This document shows, one piece after another, positions 26,817 through 36,180 of a DNA stretch of 64,000 nucleotides. This stretch comes from Collinsella sp. (GTDB lineage Bacteria > Actinomycetota > Coriobacteriia > Coriobacteriales > Coriobacteriaceae). Where the stretch lies: positions 1,194 through 65,193 of the forward strand of contig DBEYWP010000003.1 of assembly GCA_048183675.1 (NCBI GenBank), in the 5' to 3' direction. Both the position numbers and the translations under genes were made by a program. The notes below the pieces were generated by a model. It searched no databases. It was not told where the DNA came from and worked only from the letters and a program-made list of their open reading frames with translations. How positions within the stretch are numbered: position 1 is the first letter of the stretch; each line of letters opens with the position of its first letter.

Positions 26817-26845
26817 TTGACATTGATTTCTCACGCTCCTAAATT
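26817..26845 (+). promoter_or_regulatory. candidate sigma-70-type promoter for the marR-ABC operon
   Basis: TTGACA (26817..26822), a 17-nt spacer and TAAATT (26840..26845). An imperfect inverted repeat TTGGTTAGG-N18-CCTAACTAA follows immediately and may be a MarR operator. Confidence 0.45.
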
Positions 26846-26900
26846 GGTTAGGCACAAAACAATTCCACTACCTAACTAAAGAAAGGAGCAACACTAATTC

Positions 26901-27407
26901 ATGTGCGATGAACCTCTTAACCTTTGTTCGCACGAGCCCGGCGGTGACCCGTCGCAACCGGTAGACATACCCGAAGCGGTCAGCGCCGAAGACAAACTCG
27001 CCAAGCGCATCCTGAGCGGCCTGGGTTTTTGCGGCCATTACATGCATTTTCATGGCGGAGGCGTGTCCGGCAAGGCGCCCATCATCTGCCTGCTGGCCAA
27101 GCAGCCCGGCGGCGAGATGTCGCAGCAGGAACTCGGCATGCACTTTGACCTCAAGCCGGGGTCGCTTTCCGAGATCCTGTCCAAGCTCGAGGTCAACGGC
27201 CTCATCGAGCGCAGCCGTAACCCCAAGGATCGACGGCAACTCACCATTCGCCTGACCGAAACCGGCCGGGAAAACGCCCGCATCGACCAGGCGGCCCGCA
27301 TCCGCTTTAGAGAACGGGCCTTTAGTGCCCTCACTCACGACGAGCGCGAGCAGCTCGCCGAAATGCTCGAGAAAATCCGTGTAACCTGGGAGGAACTGGA
27401 TGATTAA
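26901..27407 (+). CDS. MarR family transcriptional regulator
   Basis: The winged-helix block is MSQQELGMHFDLKPGSLSEILSKLEVNGLIERSRNPKDRRQLTIRLTETG. The exact start is uncertain. Confidence 0.85.
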   Translation: MCDEPLNLCSHEPGGDPSQPVDIPEAVSAEDKLAKRILSGLGFCGHYMHFHGGGVSGKAPIICLLAKQPGGEMSQQELGMHFDLKPGSLSEILSKLEVNGLIERSRNPKDRRQLTIRLTETGRENARIDQAARIRFRERAFSALTHDEREQLAEMLEKIRVTWEELDD

Positions 27408-29214
27408 AACCCTCATGGGCAGCATCCGCGACTATATGAAAGTCACTGTTGCCACGCCATTGCTCGTGCTTGGCGAGGTGCTCTGCGAGATGCTGATTCC
27501 ATTTATCACCGCCAACCTGATCGACGCTATCAAAGACGGCGCCACCGTAGCCGAGATGCTTCCCACCGCAGGCTTTTTGGTGCTCATCGCGCTAACATCC
27601 CTTGCTTTTGGCGCCGCTGCCGGCGTTACCTGCAGCCATGCGAGCTGCGGCTTCGCCAAGAATCTGCGTCACGACCTGTTCTACAAGATCCAGACGTTCA
27701 GCTTTGCCAACATCGATGAGTTCTCGAGTTCCTCGCTCGTCACGCGTCTGACCACTGACATCAACAACGTGCAGCAGGCCTTTATGATGATCATCCGTAT
27801 CGCCGTGCGCGCACCGCTGGTATTGATCTTCGCCTTTACCATGGCGTTTATCATGGGCGGCAGCGTCGCCATGGTCTACCTGGTCATCATTCCGCTGCTG
27901 GGCTTTGGACTGTTCTTTATCATCTTTAAGGTGCGCCCCATCTTCTCGCGCGTGTTCCACAAGTACGACGCACTTAACGAGTCTGTCGAGGAAAACGTCA
28001 CCGGCATGCGCGTGGTCAAGAGCTATGTGCGCGAAGACTTTGAGAAGGAGAAGTTCGCGACCGCCGCGCGCGACGTCCAGATGGACTTCACCCGCGCCGA
28101 GAAGCTGCTCGCCTTTAACAACCCCATGATGAACATCTGCGTCAACGGCGCGTTTGTCGTCATCATCTACCTGGGCTCCAAGCTCATCATCACGAGTCAG
28201 GGCACGCTGTTCGACGTGGGCCAGCTCTCCTCGACCTTTACCTATGGTTTCCAGATTCTCATGAGCCTGATGCAGCTGTCGATGATCTTTGTCATGGTGA
28301 CCATGGCCGACGAATCGGCACACCGCATTGCCGAGGTGCTGGCCGCCGAGCCCACGATCGCCGATCCCGCCGAGCCCGTGCTCGAGGTTGCCGACGGTTC
28401 CATCGACTTTGACCACGTGAGCTTTAAGTATTCCGCACATGCGAAGCGCCAGGCGCTCGACGATATTGACCTGCACATTAAGAGCGGCGAGACCATCGGC
28501 ATCATCGGCGGCACCGGCTCGGCCAAGTCCACGCTTGTAAACCTCATCGCCCGCCTGTACGACGCCACCGAAGGCACCGTGCGCGTGGGCGGCATGGACG
28601 TGCGCGACTACGACCTGGACGCACTGCGTTACCAAGTGGCCATGGTGCTACAGAAAAACGTGCTGTTTAGCGGCACCATCGCCGAGAACCTGCGCTGGGG
28701 CGACCCGAACGCCACCGACGAGGAAGTCCGCGAGGCGGCACATCTGGCCTGCGCCGATGAGTTTGTCGACGGCTTCCCCAAGGGCTATGACACCTGGATT
28801 GAACAGGGCGGCTCCAATGTCTCGGGCGGTCAGAAGCAGCGCCTGTGCATTGCGCGCGCCCTGCTGCGTCGCCCCAAGATCTTGATCCTGGACGACTCCA
28901 CCAGCGCCGTCGACACCAAGACCGACGCCAAGATTCGCGCAGGGTTGGCAAGCTATCTGCCCAACACGACCAAGCTCATCATCGCCCAGCGCATTAGCTC
29001 CGTGCAGGACGCAGACCGCATCATCGTCATGGAGGGCGGCCGCATCGCTCAGATCGGCAGCCACGACGAGCTGCTCAAGACGAGCGAGATCTACCGCGAG
29101 ACCTTCACCTCGCAAAACAAGATGTCTGCCGAGGGCGAAGGGGCCGTCGAGGCCGACACCGAGGCATCCGCAACACAAGCTCAGACCCAGGAAGGAGGCG
29201 AGGCACATGAGTAA
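27400..29214 (+). CDS. ABC exporter, fused permease/ATPase (half of a heterodimer)
   Basis: Six-TM exporter domain, Walker A GGTGSAKST, signature VSGGQKQRLCIARAL and Walker B ILILDDSTSAVD. GGAGGAA lies upstream of the ATG. Confidence 0.9.
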   Translation: MIKTLMGSIRDYMKVTVATPLLVLGEVLCEMLIPFITANLIDAIKDGATVAEMLPTAGFLVLIALTSLAFGAAAGVTCSHASCGFAKNLRHDLFYKIQTFSFANIDEFSSSSLVTRLTTDINNVQQAFMMIIRIAVRAPLVLIFAFTMAFIMGGSVAMVYLVIIPLLGFGLFFIIFKVRPIFSRVFHKYDALNESVEENVTGMRVVKSYVREDFEKEKFATAARDVQMDFTRAEKLLAFNNPMMNICVNGAFVVIIYLGSKLIITSQGTLFDVGQLSSTFTYGFQILMSLMQLSMIFVMVTMADESAHRIAEVLAAEPTIADPAEPVLEVADGSIDFDHVSFKYSAHAKRQALDDIDLHIKSGETIGIIGGTGSAKSTLVNLIARLYDATEGTVRVGGMDVRDYDLDALRYQVAMVLQKNVLFSGTIAENLRWGDPNATDEEVREAAHLACADEFVDGFPKGYDTWIEQGGSNVSGGQKQRLCIARALLRRPKILILDDSTSAVDTKTDAKIRAGLASYLPNTTKLIIAQRISSVQDADRIIVMEGGRIAQIGSHDELLKTSEIYRETFTSQNKMSAEGEGAVEADTEASATQAQTQEGGEAHE

Positions 29215-31126
29215 GGCAACGACCGCCGAGCGCGCACTCAACCGCAAGGGTGGCACCATGTCGCGCCTCATCAAGACGCTCTTTGGCTTCTACCCCGTGC
29301 TTTTGCCCCTCGTCGTCGTCGGCGTGGTACTCTGCGCCATCATCAACTCCATCGGCGCGACCTTCCTTCAGAGCGCCCTGCAGATTATTAGCGAATCGTG
29401 GCAGTCGGGCGATTGGACGACCGCGCAGCCCAAGATTCTGCAGCTTGTGACCACCCTCGCCTGCATCTACGGCATCGGCATCCTGTCCTCACTGTTCTGG
29501 AACCGCGCCATGGCCATCGTCACGCAGGGCTCACTCGAGAAGCTGCGCGAGAAGATGTTCAACCGCATGCAGGACCTGCCGATTCGCTACTTCGACACGC
29601 ATCAGCGCGGCGACATCATGAGCCACTACACCAACGACATCGACACGCTGCGCCAGATGATCAGCCAGTCGCTGCCCAACCTGCTCATGACGACCATCGT
29701 CATCGTCACGGTGTTCTTTATCATGCTGTACTACAGCGTTTGGATGTGCCTGGTCATTGTGGCCGGTGTCGCCTTTATGACCTTTATGACCAAGCTGCTC
29801 GGCTCCAACTCCGCGCGCTTCTTCATTGCGCAGCAGACCGAGCTCGGCGTGGTCGAGGGCCATATCGAGGAAGTCATGAACGGCCAGAAGGTCGTCAAGG
29901 CATTCTGCCACGAGTCTGCCGCCGAGGCCGATTTTGACGAGCGCAACGAAAAGCTCTTCGAGGTCTCGCAGAAAGCCAACATGTACGCCAACATCCTCAT
30001 GCCCATCCTTATGAACCTGGGCAACCTGCTCTACGTGCTGGTCGCACTGGCAGGCGGCATTTTCCTGGCGCTGGGCGTGCCCAACCTGAGCATCTCGGGC
30101 ATGGCGCTGTCCATCGCCGTCGTAGTGCCGTTCCTCAACATGACCAAGCAGTTCTGCGGACAGATCGGCCAGATCTCGCAGCAGATCAACGCCGTGGTCA
30201 TGGGCCTCGCCGGCGCCGACCGTATCTTTGAGCTCATCGACGAGGAGCCCGAAGCCGACGAAGGCTATGTGACGCTCGTCAACGCTCAGGTGAACCCCGA
30301 TACCTGGCAGCTCGAGGAGGCCGACCACCACACTGGCATGTGGGCGTGGAAACATCCGCACCGCGCAACCGGCGAGATCGAGTACGTGCCGCTGCGTGGC
30401 GACCTGGTCATGGACAACGTCGACTTTGGCTACACGCCCGACCACGAGGTGCTGCACGGCGTGTCCGTGTTTGCCAAGCCGGGCCAGAAGGTCGCGTTTG
30501 TCGGCGCCACCGGTGCCGGTAAGACGACCATCACCAACCTCATCAACCGCTTCTATGACATCGCCGACGGCAAGATTCGCTACGACGGCATCAACGTCAA
30601 CAAGATCCGCAAGGCCGACCTGCGCCGCTCGCTGGGCGTCGTGCTACAGGACGTGAACCTGTTCACCGGCACCGTGATGGATAACATCCGCTACGGCAAT
30701 CTGGACGCTACCGACGAGGAGTGCATCGCGGCGGCCAAGCTCGCGGGCGCGGACGACTTTATCACCCGCCTGCCCGACGGCTACGACACCATGCTCACCG
30801 GCAACGGCGCACAGCTGTCGCAGGGCCAGCGCCAGCTGATCTCGATCGCACGCGCCGCCGTCGCCGATCCGCCGGCGATGATCCTGGACGAGGCCACGTC
30901 GAGCATCGATACCCGCACCGAGGCCATCGTGCAAGCCGGCATGGACAAGCTCATGGAAGGCCGCACGACGTTTGTCATCGCGCACCGCCTGTCCACCGTG
31001 CGCAACTCCGACGCGATCATCTGTCTGGATCACGGCCGCATCATCGAGCGCGGCAACCACGACGAGCTGATCGCCAAGCGCGGGTATTACTACCAGCTCT
31101 ATACCGGAGCGTTTGAACTGGAGTAG
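29207..31126 (+). CDS. ABC exporter, fused permease/ATPase (second half)
   Basis: Walker A GATGAGKTT, signature LSQGQRQLISIARA and Walker B MILDEATSSID. The start overlaps the upstream stop (ATGA-type coupling). Confidence 0.9.
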   Translation: MSKATTAERALNRKGGTMSRLIKTLFGFYPVLLPLVVVGVVLCAIINSIGATFLQSALQIISESWQSGDWTTAQPKILQLVTTLACIYGIGILSSLFWNRAMAIVTQGSLEKLREKMFNRMQDLPIRYFDTHQRGDIMSHYTNDIDTLRQMISQSLPNLLMTTIVIVTVFFIMLYYSVWMCLVIVAGVAFMTFMTKLLGSNSARFFIAQQTELGVVEGHIEEVMNGQKVVKAFCHESAAEADFDERNEKLFEVSQKANMYANILMPILMNLGNLLYVLVALAGGIFLALGVPNLSISGMALSIAVVVPFLNMTKQFCGQIGQISQQINAVVMGLAGADRIFELIDEEPEADEGYVTLVNAQVNPDTWQLEEADHHTGMWAWKHPHRATGEIEYVPLRGDLVMDNVDFGYTPDHEVLHGVSVFAKPGQKVAFVGATGAGKTTITNLINRFYDIADGKIRYDGINVNKIRKADLRRSLGVVLQDVNLFTGTVMDNIRYGNLDATDEECIAAAKLAGADDFITRLPDGYDTMLTGNGAQLSQGQRQLISIARAAVADPPAMILDEATSSIDTRTEAIVQAGMDKLMEGRTTFVIAHRLSTVRNSDAIICLDHGRIIERGNHDELIAKRGYYYQLYTGAFELE

Positions 31127-31253
31127 TTCGGCCCGCCGAGATGGCCGATTTGTCGCTCATTCGTCGGGCATGACCCTAAGGTCAATGCCCTCCTCTTTCG
31201 GGGCAAATCGACTCATCTCAGCGACCCAAACACAATGCGCCGCAACGAATAAA

Positions 31254-31288
31254 GCCTCCGCAGCTACACGAACTGCGGAGGCTTTTTT
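31254..31288 (+). terminator. intrinsic terminator of the ABC exporter operon
   Basis: gcctccgcag-ctacacgaa-ctgcggaggc followed by tttttt. Confidence 0.8.
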
Positions 31289-31296
31289 CATGCCGG

Positions 31297-31470
31297 CCGG
31301 AAACCGTATCCCACTTTTCGGGCCAAAAATGGGATGCCGTTTCCCGCTGGGCCCCCTCCGGGAAACGGCATCCCATTTCAAGGGCATAAACCGGGATGTG
31401 GTTTCCCCTAACGGCACCTTTGGGAAGCCGCATCCCACTCTGTACGCACAAAACGGGATGAGCTTTCCCA
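31297..31470. repeat. palindromic repeat family 2: array of six ~21-nt units in alternating orientation (three hairpin modules, period ~62 nt)
   Basis: The units are ccggaaaccgtatcccactttt, aaaaatgggatgccgtttcccg, cgggaaacggcatcccattt, aaaccgggatgtggtttcccc, tgggaagccgcatcccactc and aaaacgggatgagctttccca. The pair 31327..31346 / 31359..31378 is a 20-bp perfect hairpin. Confidence 0.8.
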
Positions 31471-31659
31471 TGGTGATCCAAGACCAGAAGCATGTCCGAT
31501 AGCGCGGCCAGGTCAAGAACAACAAGGCAAGCGTCACGCCAATTTGGACGAGCGTCTGCTGCAGTTTAAGGCTGCTGGCCCATATGGTAGAGTTAACCAC
31601 CCATGAATTTCAGCACACTGCGTGCTACCTGTTCTTTTGTCATTTAGGGAAGTGAACTT

Positions 31660-32751
31660 GTGAATACTTCTGTCGCCAAGAAGGCCAGCCAGGCGGTGCG
31701 CCTGCTCATGATGGTGCTCACGGCAGTTCTCATCTTCTTCTTCATCAATGTCATGCTGCTCGTCTCCGATATCCAGGGCACGGCGCGTATGGTCAACTAC
31801 GCCGGCCTGGTGCGCGGCACCACGCAGCGAATCGTTAAGCTCGAGGACGCGGGCCAGCCTCAAGATGACCTGCTCAAAGCCGTGGATTCATACATCAACG
31901 GTTTGCGTTACGGAAGTGACGACCTCAACCTCGTCCGTCTCGACGACGATGAGTATCAGGCAAAAATGACCGAGCTTGCAAATTATTTTGATGAGCTTTG
32001 CACCGAGATTGCCTGTGTGCGTGAAGTCGGCTACGAGAACACCGATATCATCGCGATGAGCGAGGAGTTCTTTGGTATTTGTGACGATGCTACACGACTC
32101 GCGGAGGACTACTCTCAGGAGAAGGCGTCGGCGCTCAACTATCTCGAGGGCCTGGTGATCATCGACATCATGGGCTTGGTGGCGACCTTTGCGGTCGAAC
32201 TTGTTCGCGCGGTGCGAACTGCCGCGCTCAATCGCGAACTGCAGAACAAAGTCTATCTCGACGAAGCCACAGGACTGCCCAACAAGAACAAGTGCGAGGA
32301 GGTCTTGGGGCAGGAGCAGCCTGTCTCCGCGGAGGCGCCCGTTGCGGTGTGCGTCTTCGACCTTAACAATCTGCATACGGTCAATAACAACTTCGGTCAT
32401 GAGAAGGGCGATGAATACATTCGCTCTTTTGCCCAACAACTGGGAAGTGTGGCATCCGAGACGTGCTTTGTGGGCCGCGACGGCGGCGATGAGTTTATCG
32501 CGGTGCTGCGGGATTCCGATCGGGCTGCCGTGGAGTCCTGTCTCGCTCGGGTCCGTGCGAACGTGAACGAGTATTCCGAGGCTCACCCCGACATGCCCAT
32601 CAGCTATGCGGTGGGCTTCGCGCTTTCCAGTGATTTTGATGAACCGCCTACGATGCGCGAGCTCTTTTCCCAGGCCGACAAGAACATGTACGTCGATAAG
32701 AACCGCGTAAAGACAGCCGAGGCAGCCGGGCCGCAACGCGAGGACCGCTAA
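31660..32751 (+). CDS. GGDEF-domain diguanylate cyclase with N-terminal membrane-anchored helical sensor region
   Basis: GTG start at 31660, with AGGGAAG upstream. There is an N-terminal TM. VNYAGLVRGTTQRIVKLE resembles the PilJ/NarX P-box. The catalytic block is GHEKGDEYI...VGRDGGDEFIAVL. Confidence 0.85.
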   Translation: MNTSVAKKASQAVRLLMMVLTAVLIFFFINVMLLVSDIQGTARMVNYAGLVRGTTQRIVKLEDAGQPQDDLLKAVDSYINGLRYGSDDLNLVRLDDDEYQAKMTELANYFDELCTEIACVREVGYENTDIIAMSEEFFGICDDATRLAEDYSQEKASALNYLEGLVIIDIMGLVATFAVELVRAVRTAALNRELQNKVYLDEATGLPNKNKCEEVLGQEQPVSAEAPVAVCVFDLNNLHTVNNNFGHEKGDEYIRSFAQQLGSVASETCFVGRDGGDEFIAVLRDSDRAAVESCLARVRANVNEYSEAHPDMPISYAVGFALSSDFDEPPTMRELFSQADKNMYVDKNRVKTAEAAGPQREDR

Positions 32752-32762
32752 ACCCGTAGCAA

Positions 32763-32800
32763 AGGGTAGCTAATTTGGGACGGGACTCTTTTGGCTACTT
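32763..32800. repeat. ~36-nt element shared with 63957..63995, overlapping a minus-strand stop codon
   Basis: gggtagctaatttgggacgggactcttttggctactt versus aaggtagctaatttgggacggagcttttttgactactt, about 85 percent identity by eye. Confidence 0.4.
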
Positions 32801-33673
32801 GAGGAGTTGGGCCATGGCGTTGACGAATTTTTGTACTTGGAGGGTTGGCTCGAGCGGGTAGTGCAGGTAGACCGGCACCTCGCGGCCGCATAGGAACGGC
32901 ACGCCCATAAAGGCTGGATGTACGCCCGACCATGCGCCGCAGGTGAGCACCGCGTCGCCTTTTTCCTCGGCCTCGTTAAAGAGTGCGAAGTCGAAGCTGT
33001 CCACGTCGATGACATCCACGCCGCCATCGGCCAAAAGGTCGATGCGCAGGCTGTCCATGGCGTCGTTGCCGTGACGCAGCACGCGCAGGCGCATACCCTC
33101 CAGATCGGCAACCGTGATACGGCTCTTGCGCGCAAGCGGGCTCGTGCGCGGCACATCGATATAAAACGGCACGTTGACGATAAGGAGCTTTTGGCATGCG
33201 TCGCCCCAGCGCGGGGTCGAAAAACTCGACTGCACCACGTCGACCTCGCGGCCCAAGCTGCGCATGACGGTCTCGCGCTCGTCGTAGAGGTCGCTCACCG
33301 GCACGATCTCAAAACGCAGCGACGGCTCCAGCTCGTGCACGCCCGTCCACATCGAAAGCGTCTGGCGGCCCGGGCACATCATCGACACGCCCAGGCGCAC
33401 CGCACCGTCATCGCCCGCCGCGCGTCGGGCACGGCGCAGGGCATCCTCGGACTGACGCATGATCGAGCGCGCATCGTCCACCAGTAGCGCCCCCGCCGGC
33501 GTCACCTTAACGCCCGAATGCGAGCGCTCAAACAACGTAATACCGAACTCGGCCTCGAACCCCGATACCTGCTTGACGAGCGCCGGCGTCGACACGCGTA
33601 ATTTTGCCGCGGCGCGTGAGAAGCTTCCCAGCTCCGCGGCGGCCGAAATAGCCTCAAGTCGTCGATCGTACAC
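32795..33673 (-). CDS. LysR family transcriptional regulator
   Basis: The N-terminus is (V)YDRRLEAISAAAELGSFSRAAAKLRVSTPALVKQV. The GTG at 33673 with GGAGAG 6 nt upstream is preferred over the GTG at 33694. Confidence 0.85.
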   Translation of the reverse strand: MYDRRLEAISAAAELGSFSRAAAKLRVSTPALVKQVSGFEAEFGITLFERSHSGVKVTPAGALLVDDARSIMRQSEDALRRARRAAGDDGAVRLGVSMMCPGRQTLSMWTGVHELEPSLRFEIVPVSDLYDERETVMRSLGREVDVVQSSFSTPRWGDACQKLLIVNVPFYIDVPRTSPLARKSRITVADLEGMRLRVLRHGNDAMDSLRIDLLADGGVDVIDVDSFDFALFNEAEEKGDAVLTCGAWSGVHPAFMGVPFLCGREVPVYLHYPLEPTLQVQKFVNAMAQLLK

Positions 33674-33906
33674 GTCATCTCTCCGTTTTCGCACGTACGG
33701 CCACGCGGAGCCGCAGGGGGTTGTTTTCGCAGGTCACATGCTCAATCAGGTACAAATCGCATCATACAGCGTAAACCTATGGTTAACGCCATTCTAACAA
33801 ATATGCAATTCACCTGCGCAAATGCAAAGCATACGATAACCAGCGAAAACCACGTGGGTCGGTTAATGGGAACGACCCACAGGGAGGCACAAGAAGGGAA
33901 GTTCCT

Positions 33907-34788
33907 ATGAGCAACTGGCTTAAGCTCGAGGGCGATGTCTGCGCCGTGACCGGTGCACTCGGCGGTATGGGCGTCGAGATTTGCCGCGAGTTCGCCCGCA
34001 ACGGCGCCAACGTCGTCCTGCTCGATCTGGACGAGGAAAAGGTCAAGGCCGCAGCCGCCGACCTCGCCGCCGAGTTTGGCATCCACGCCGAGGGCTACAA
34101 GATGAACGCCACCGACGAGGCCGAGGTTCAGGCCGCCGTCGATGCCACCATCGCCGACTTCGGCCGCGTCGACGTTCTCGTCAACACCGCCGGTATCCTG
34201 CGCTTCGCAGCCATGGAAGACCTGCCGCTCTCCGACTGGAACGAGGTCATCAACGTCAACCTCACCGGTTACTTCATCACCTCGCAGCGCTTTGGTCGCG
34301 AGATGATCAAGGCCGGCCAGGGCCGCCTAGTGCACATCTCGACCGTTGCCAGCCACTCCCCCGAGACGTTCTCGGGCGTGTACAGCTCCACCAAGGCGGG
34401 CGTCAACATGATGTCCAAGATGCTGGCTGCCGAATGGGGTCCCTACGGCGTGCGCTCCAACTGCGTCGAGCCCTGCTTCGTTAAGACCCCCATGTCGGCC
34501 AACTTCTACGCCGACCCCGAGGTCGAGAAGAGCCGCAGCCGCCTCATCGCCACGCGTCGCATCGGCGAGGTCAGCGATATCGCCAACGCCGTCATGTTCC
34601 TGGCGTCCAAGCGCTCGGACTTTACCACCGGCGATGCCATCAAGGTCGACGGCGGCTTCTCCAACATGATGGGCGACCTCACCGCCAAGCCCGGCGGCCG
34701 TCGCGCCTATGCCGACAACTACCTTAAGAACAAGGGTGTCGAGCTTTGGTCCGATGAGTCCGGCGTCGCCAAGCCGACTGACCAGTAA
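33907..34788 (+). CDS. SDR family oxidoreductase
   Basis: TGALGGMG Rossmann motif, NTAG and the catalytic YSSTK. Confidence 0.85.
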   Translation: MSNWLKLEGDVCAVTGALGGMGVEICREFARNGANVVLLDLDEEKVKAAAADLAAEFGIHAEGYKMNATDEAEVQAAVDATIADFGRVDVLVNTAGILRFAAMEDLPLSDWNEVINVNLTGYFITSQRFGREMIKAGQGRLVHISTVASHSPETFSGVYSSTKAGVNMMSKMLAAEWGPYGVRSNCVEPCFVKTPMSANFYADPEVEKSRSRLIATRRIGEVSDIANAVMFLASKRSDFTTGDAIKVDGGFSNMMGDLTAKPGGRRAYADNYLKNKGVELWSDESGVAKPTDQ

Positions 34789-34854
34789 ACCAACCTGACA
34801 GGGAGGCCCCGCGGACACGCCCGCTCCTCCCCCGCATCGATTAGAAAGAGTCCA

Positions 34855-36111
34855 ATGGCTTCCACCAACTCCAACAAGGGTCGCGCCGTCGTGCTTTCCG
34901 CCGCGTGCGTCACCATGTTCTTCATCAGCTCCATCGCGCTGTATTCCGTCGTGAGCAAGAACCTGCTCGCCGTCTACCCCGAGTGGTCGAGTGCCCTTAC
35001 CTGGGCTTTCCCCGTCTTTCAGACCATCATGGCCGTGACGGGCATCTTCGCCGGCCGCATCTCCGATAAGATCGGCCCGCGCAACGTCGTGATCGCCGCC
35101 GCCGCGTGCTACGGCCTGGGCTGGTTCATGTCCGGCACCGTCACCGAGCCGTGGCAGTTCTACCTGTGGTTCTCGCTCGTCGCCGCCATCGGCAACGGCC
35201 TGGGCTACAATCCCGCGCTCACCACCGGCCAAAAGTGGTTCATCGACAAGAAGGGTCTCGCCTCCGGCATCACCCTGGCCGCTTCGACCGCCGGCCCCGC
35301 CGTGCTGTCCCCGGTGCTCGCCTCGCTACTCATCCCGAGCCTGGGCATCTTTGGCGCCCTTAAGGCGCTCGGCGTCATCTTCTTTGTAATGATCGCCGCC
35401 TCCGCCCTGTTCCTGAAGGCCCCCGAGGCCGGTTGGCTGCCCGAGGGCTTCGAGGCCCCCAAGGGCGGCGCACACGCCGGCACCTTCGGCGACCTCACCC
35501 CGGGCGAGATGGTCAAGACCCCGCGCTTCTGGGTCCTCATCATCACCTTCGCCTTTGCCGCCACCGCGGGCACCCTGCTCGTCGGCAAGGTTGCCTCCAT
35601 CGCCGCCGTCCAGCTCTTCACCGACCCCACGAGCGCCGCGGCCGTCGCCCTCGGCGGCGTGGTCGTCTCCGTCAACACCTGCGCCAACCTGGTTGGCCGC
35701 CTGTCCTTTGGCCAGATCATCGACAAGCTCGGCGCCTATAAGTCGCTGCTAATCAGCCTTGTCGTCACCATCGTCGCGCTCGTCATCATGTCGATGAGCT
35801 TTACGCAGACCATGTTCTTTGTGGCGCTCGCCCTGCTCGGCTTTAGCTTTGGCGCCCTGCTCGTCATCTACCCGCCGCTCACCGGCGGCGCCTTCGGTAC
35901 CAGCAACATCGGCGTCAACTACGGCATCATGTTCCTGGGCTACGCCGCTTCCACCTGGATCAGCCAGCCCATCACTGCCGTGCTGTATCACGCCGAGGCC
36001 GGCAGCGCCGCCTACCAGCAGTCCTTCTACGGCGCCATTGTGATCGCCGCCATCGCCGTCGTGCTCACCGTCTACATGATGGTCTCCGACAGCAAGAAGA
36101 AGTCTGCCTAG
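34855..36111 (+). CDS. MFS transporter (oxalate/formate antiporter-like)
   Basis: 12 TM segments, with the GRISDKIGPR loop motif between TM2 and TM3. Confidence 0.85.
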   Translation: MASTNSNKGRAVVLSAACVTMFFISSIALYSVVSKNLLAVYPEWSSALTWAFPVFQTIMAVTGIFAGRISDKIGPRNVVIAAAACYGLGWFMSGTVTEPWQFYLWFSLVAAIGNGLGYNPALTTGQKWFIDKKGLASGITLAASTAGPAVLSPVLASLLIPSLGIFGALKALGVIFFVMIAASALFLKAPEAGWLPEGFEAPKGGAHAGTFGDLTPGEMVKTPRFWVLIITFAFAATAGTLLVGKVASIAAVQLFTDPTSAAAVALGGVVVSVNTCANLVGRLSFGQIIDKLGAYKSLLISLVVTIVALVIMSMSFTQTMFFVALALLGFSFGALLVIYPPLTGGAFGTSNIGVNYGIMFLGYAASTWISQPITAVLYHAEAGSAAYQQSFYGAIVIAAIAVVLTVYMMVSDSKKKSA

Positions 36112-36120
36112 TTTTACCGA

Positions 36121-36151
36121 CGTGACAAAGGGACTGCCCCTTTGTCACATT
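36121..36151. repeat. palindromic repeat family 1, intact copy inside an operon
   Basis: cgtgacaaagggactgcccctttgtcacatt lies 10 nt after the MFS stop and 30 nt before the next start codon. Confidence 0.9.
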
Positions 36152-36180
36152 CCACCGGCCACCAGTATTAAGGAGTCGAA

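Noticed and set aside
31297-31470. Possibility that the regularly spaced repeats are a CRISPR array (also at 57468..57674)
   Set aside because: The units alternate in orientation and pair with each other, the period is about 62 nt with the spacer itself being a repeat unit, only 3-4 periods are present, and no cas genes are present in the window.
31113-31600. ORFs of 129-147 aa across the family-2 array at 31.3 kb, and similar ones at 57390..57777, which share peptide fragments such as G(K/R)(L/P)HP(T/I)
   Set aside because: The shared peptides derive from the repeated DNA units read in both orientations. There is no RBS, the ORFs overlap on both strands, and conservation follows stem complementarity rather than codons.
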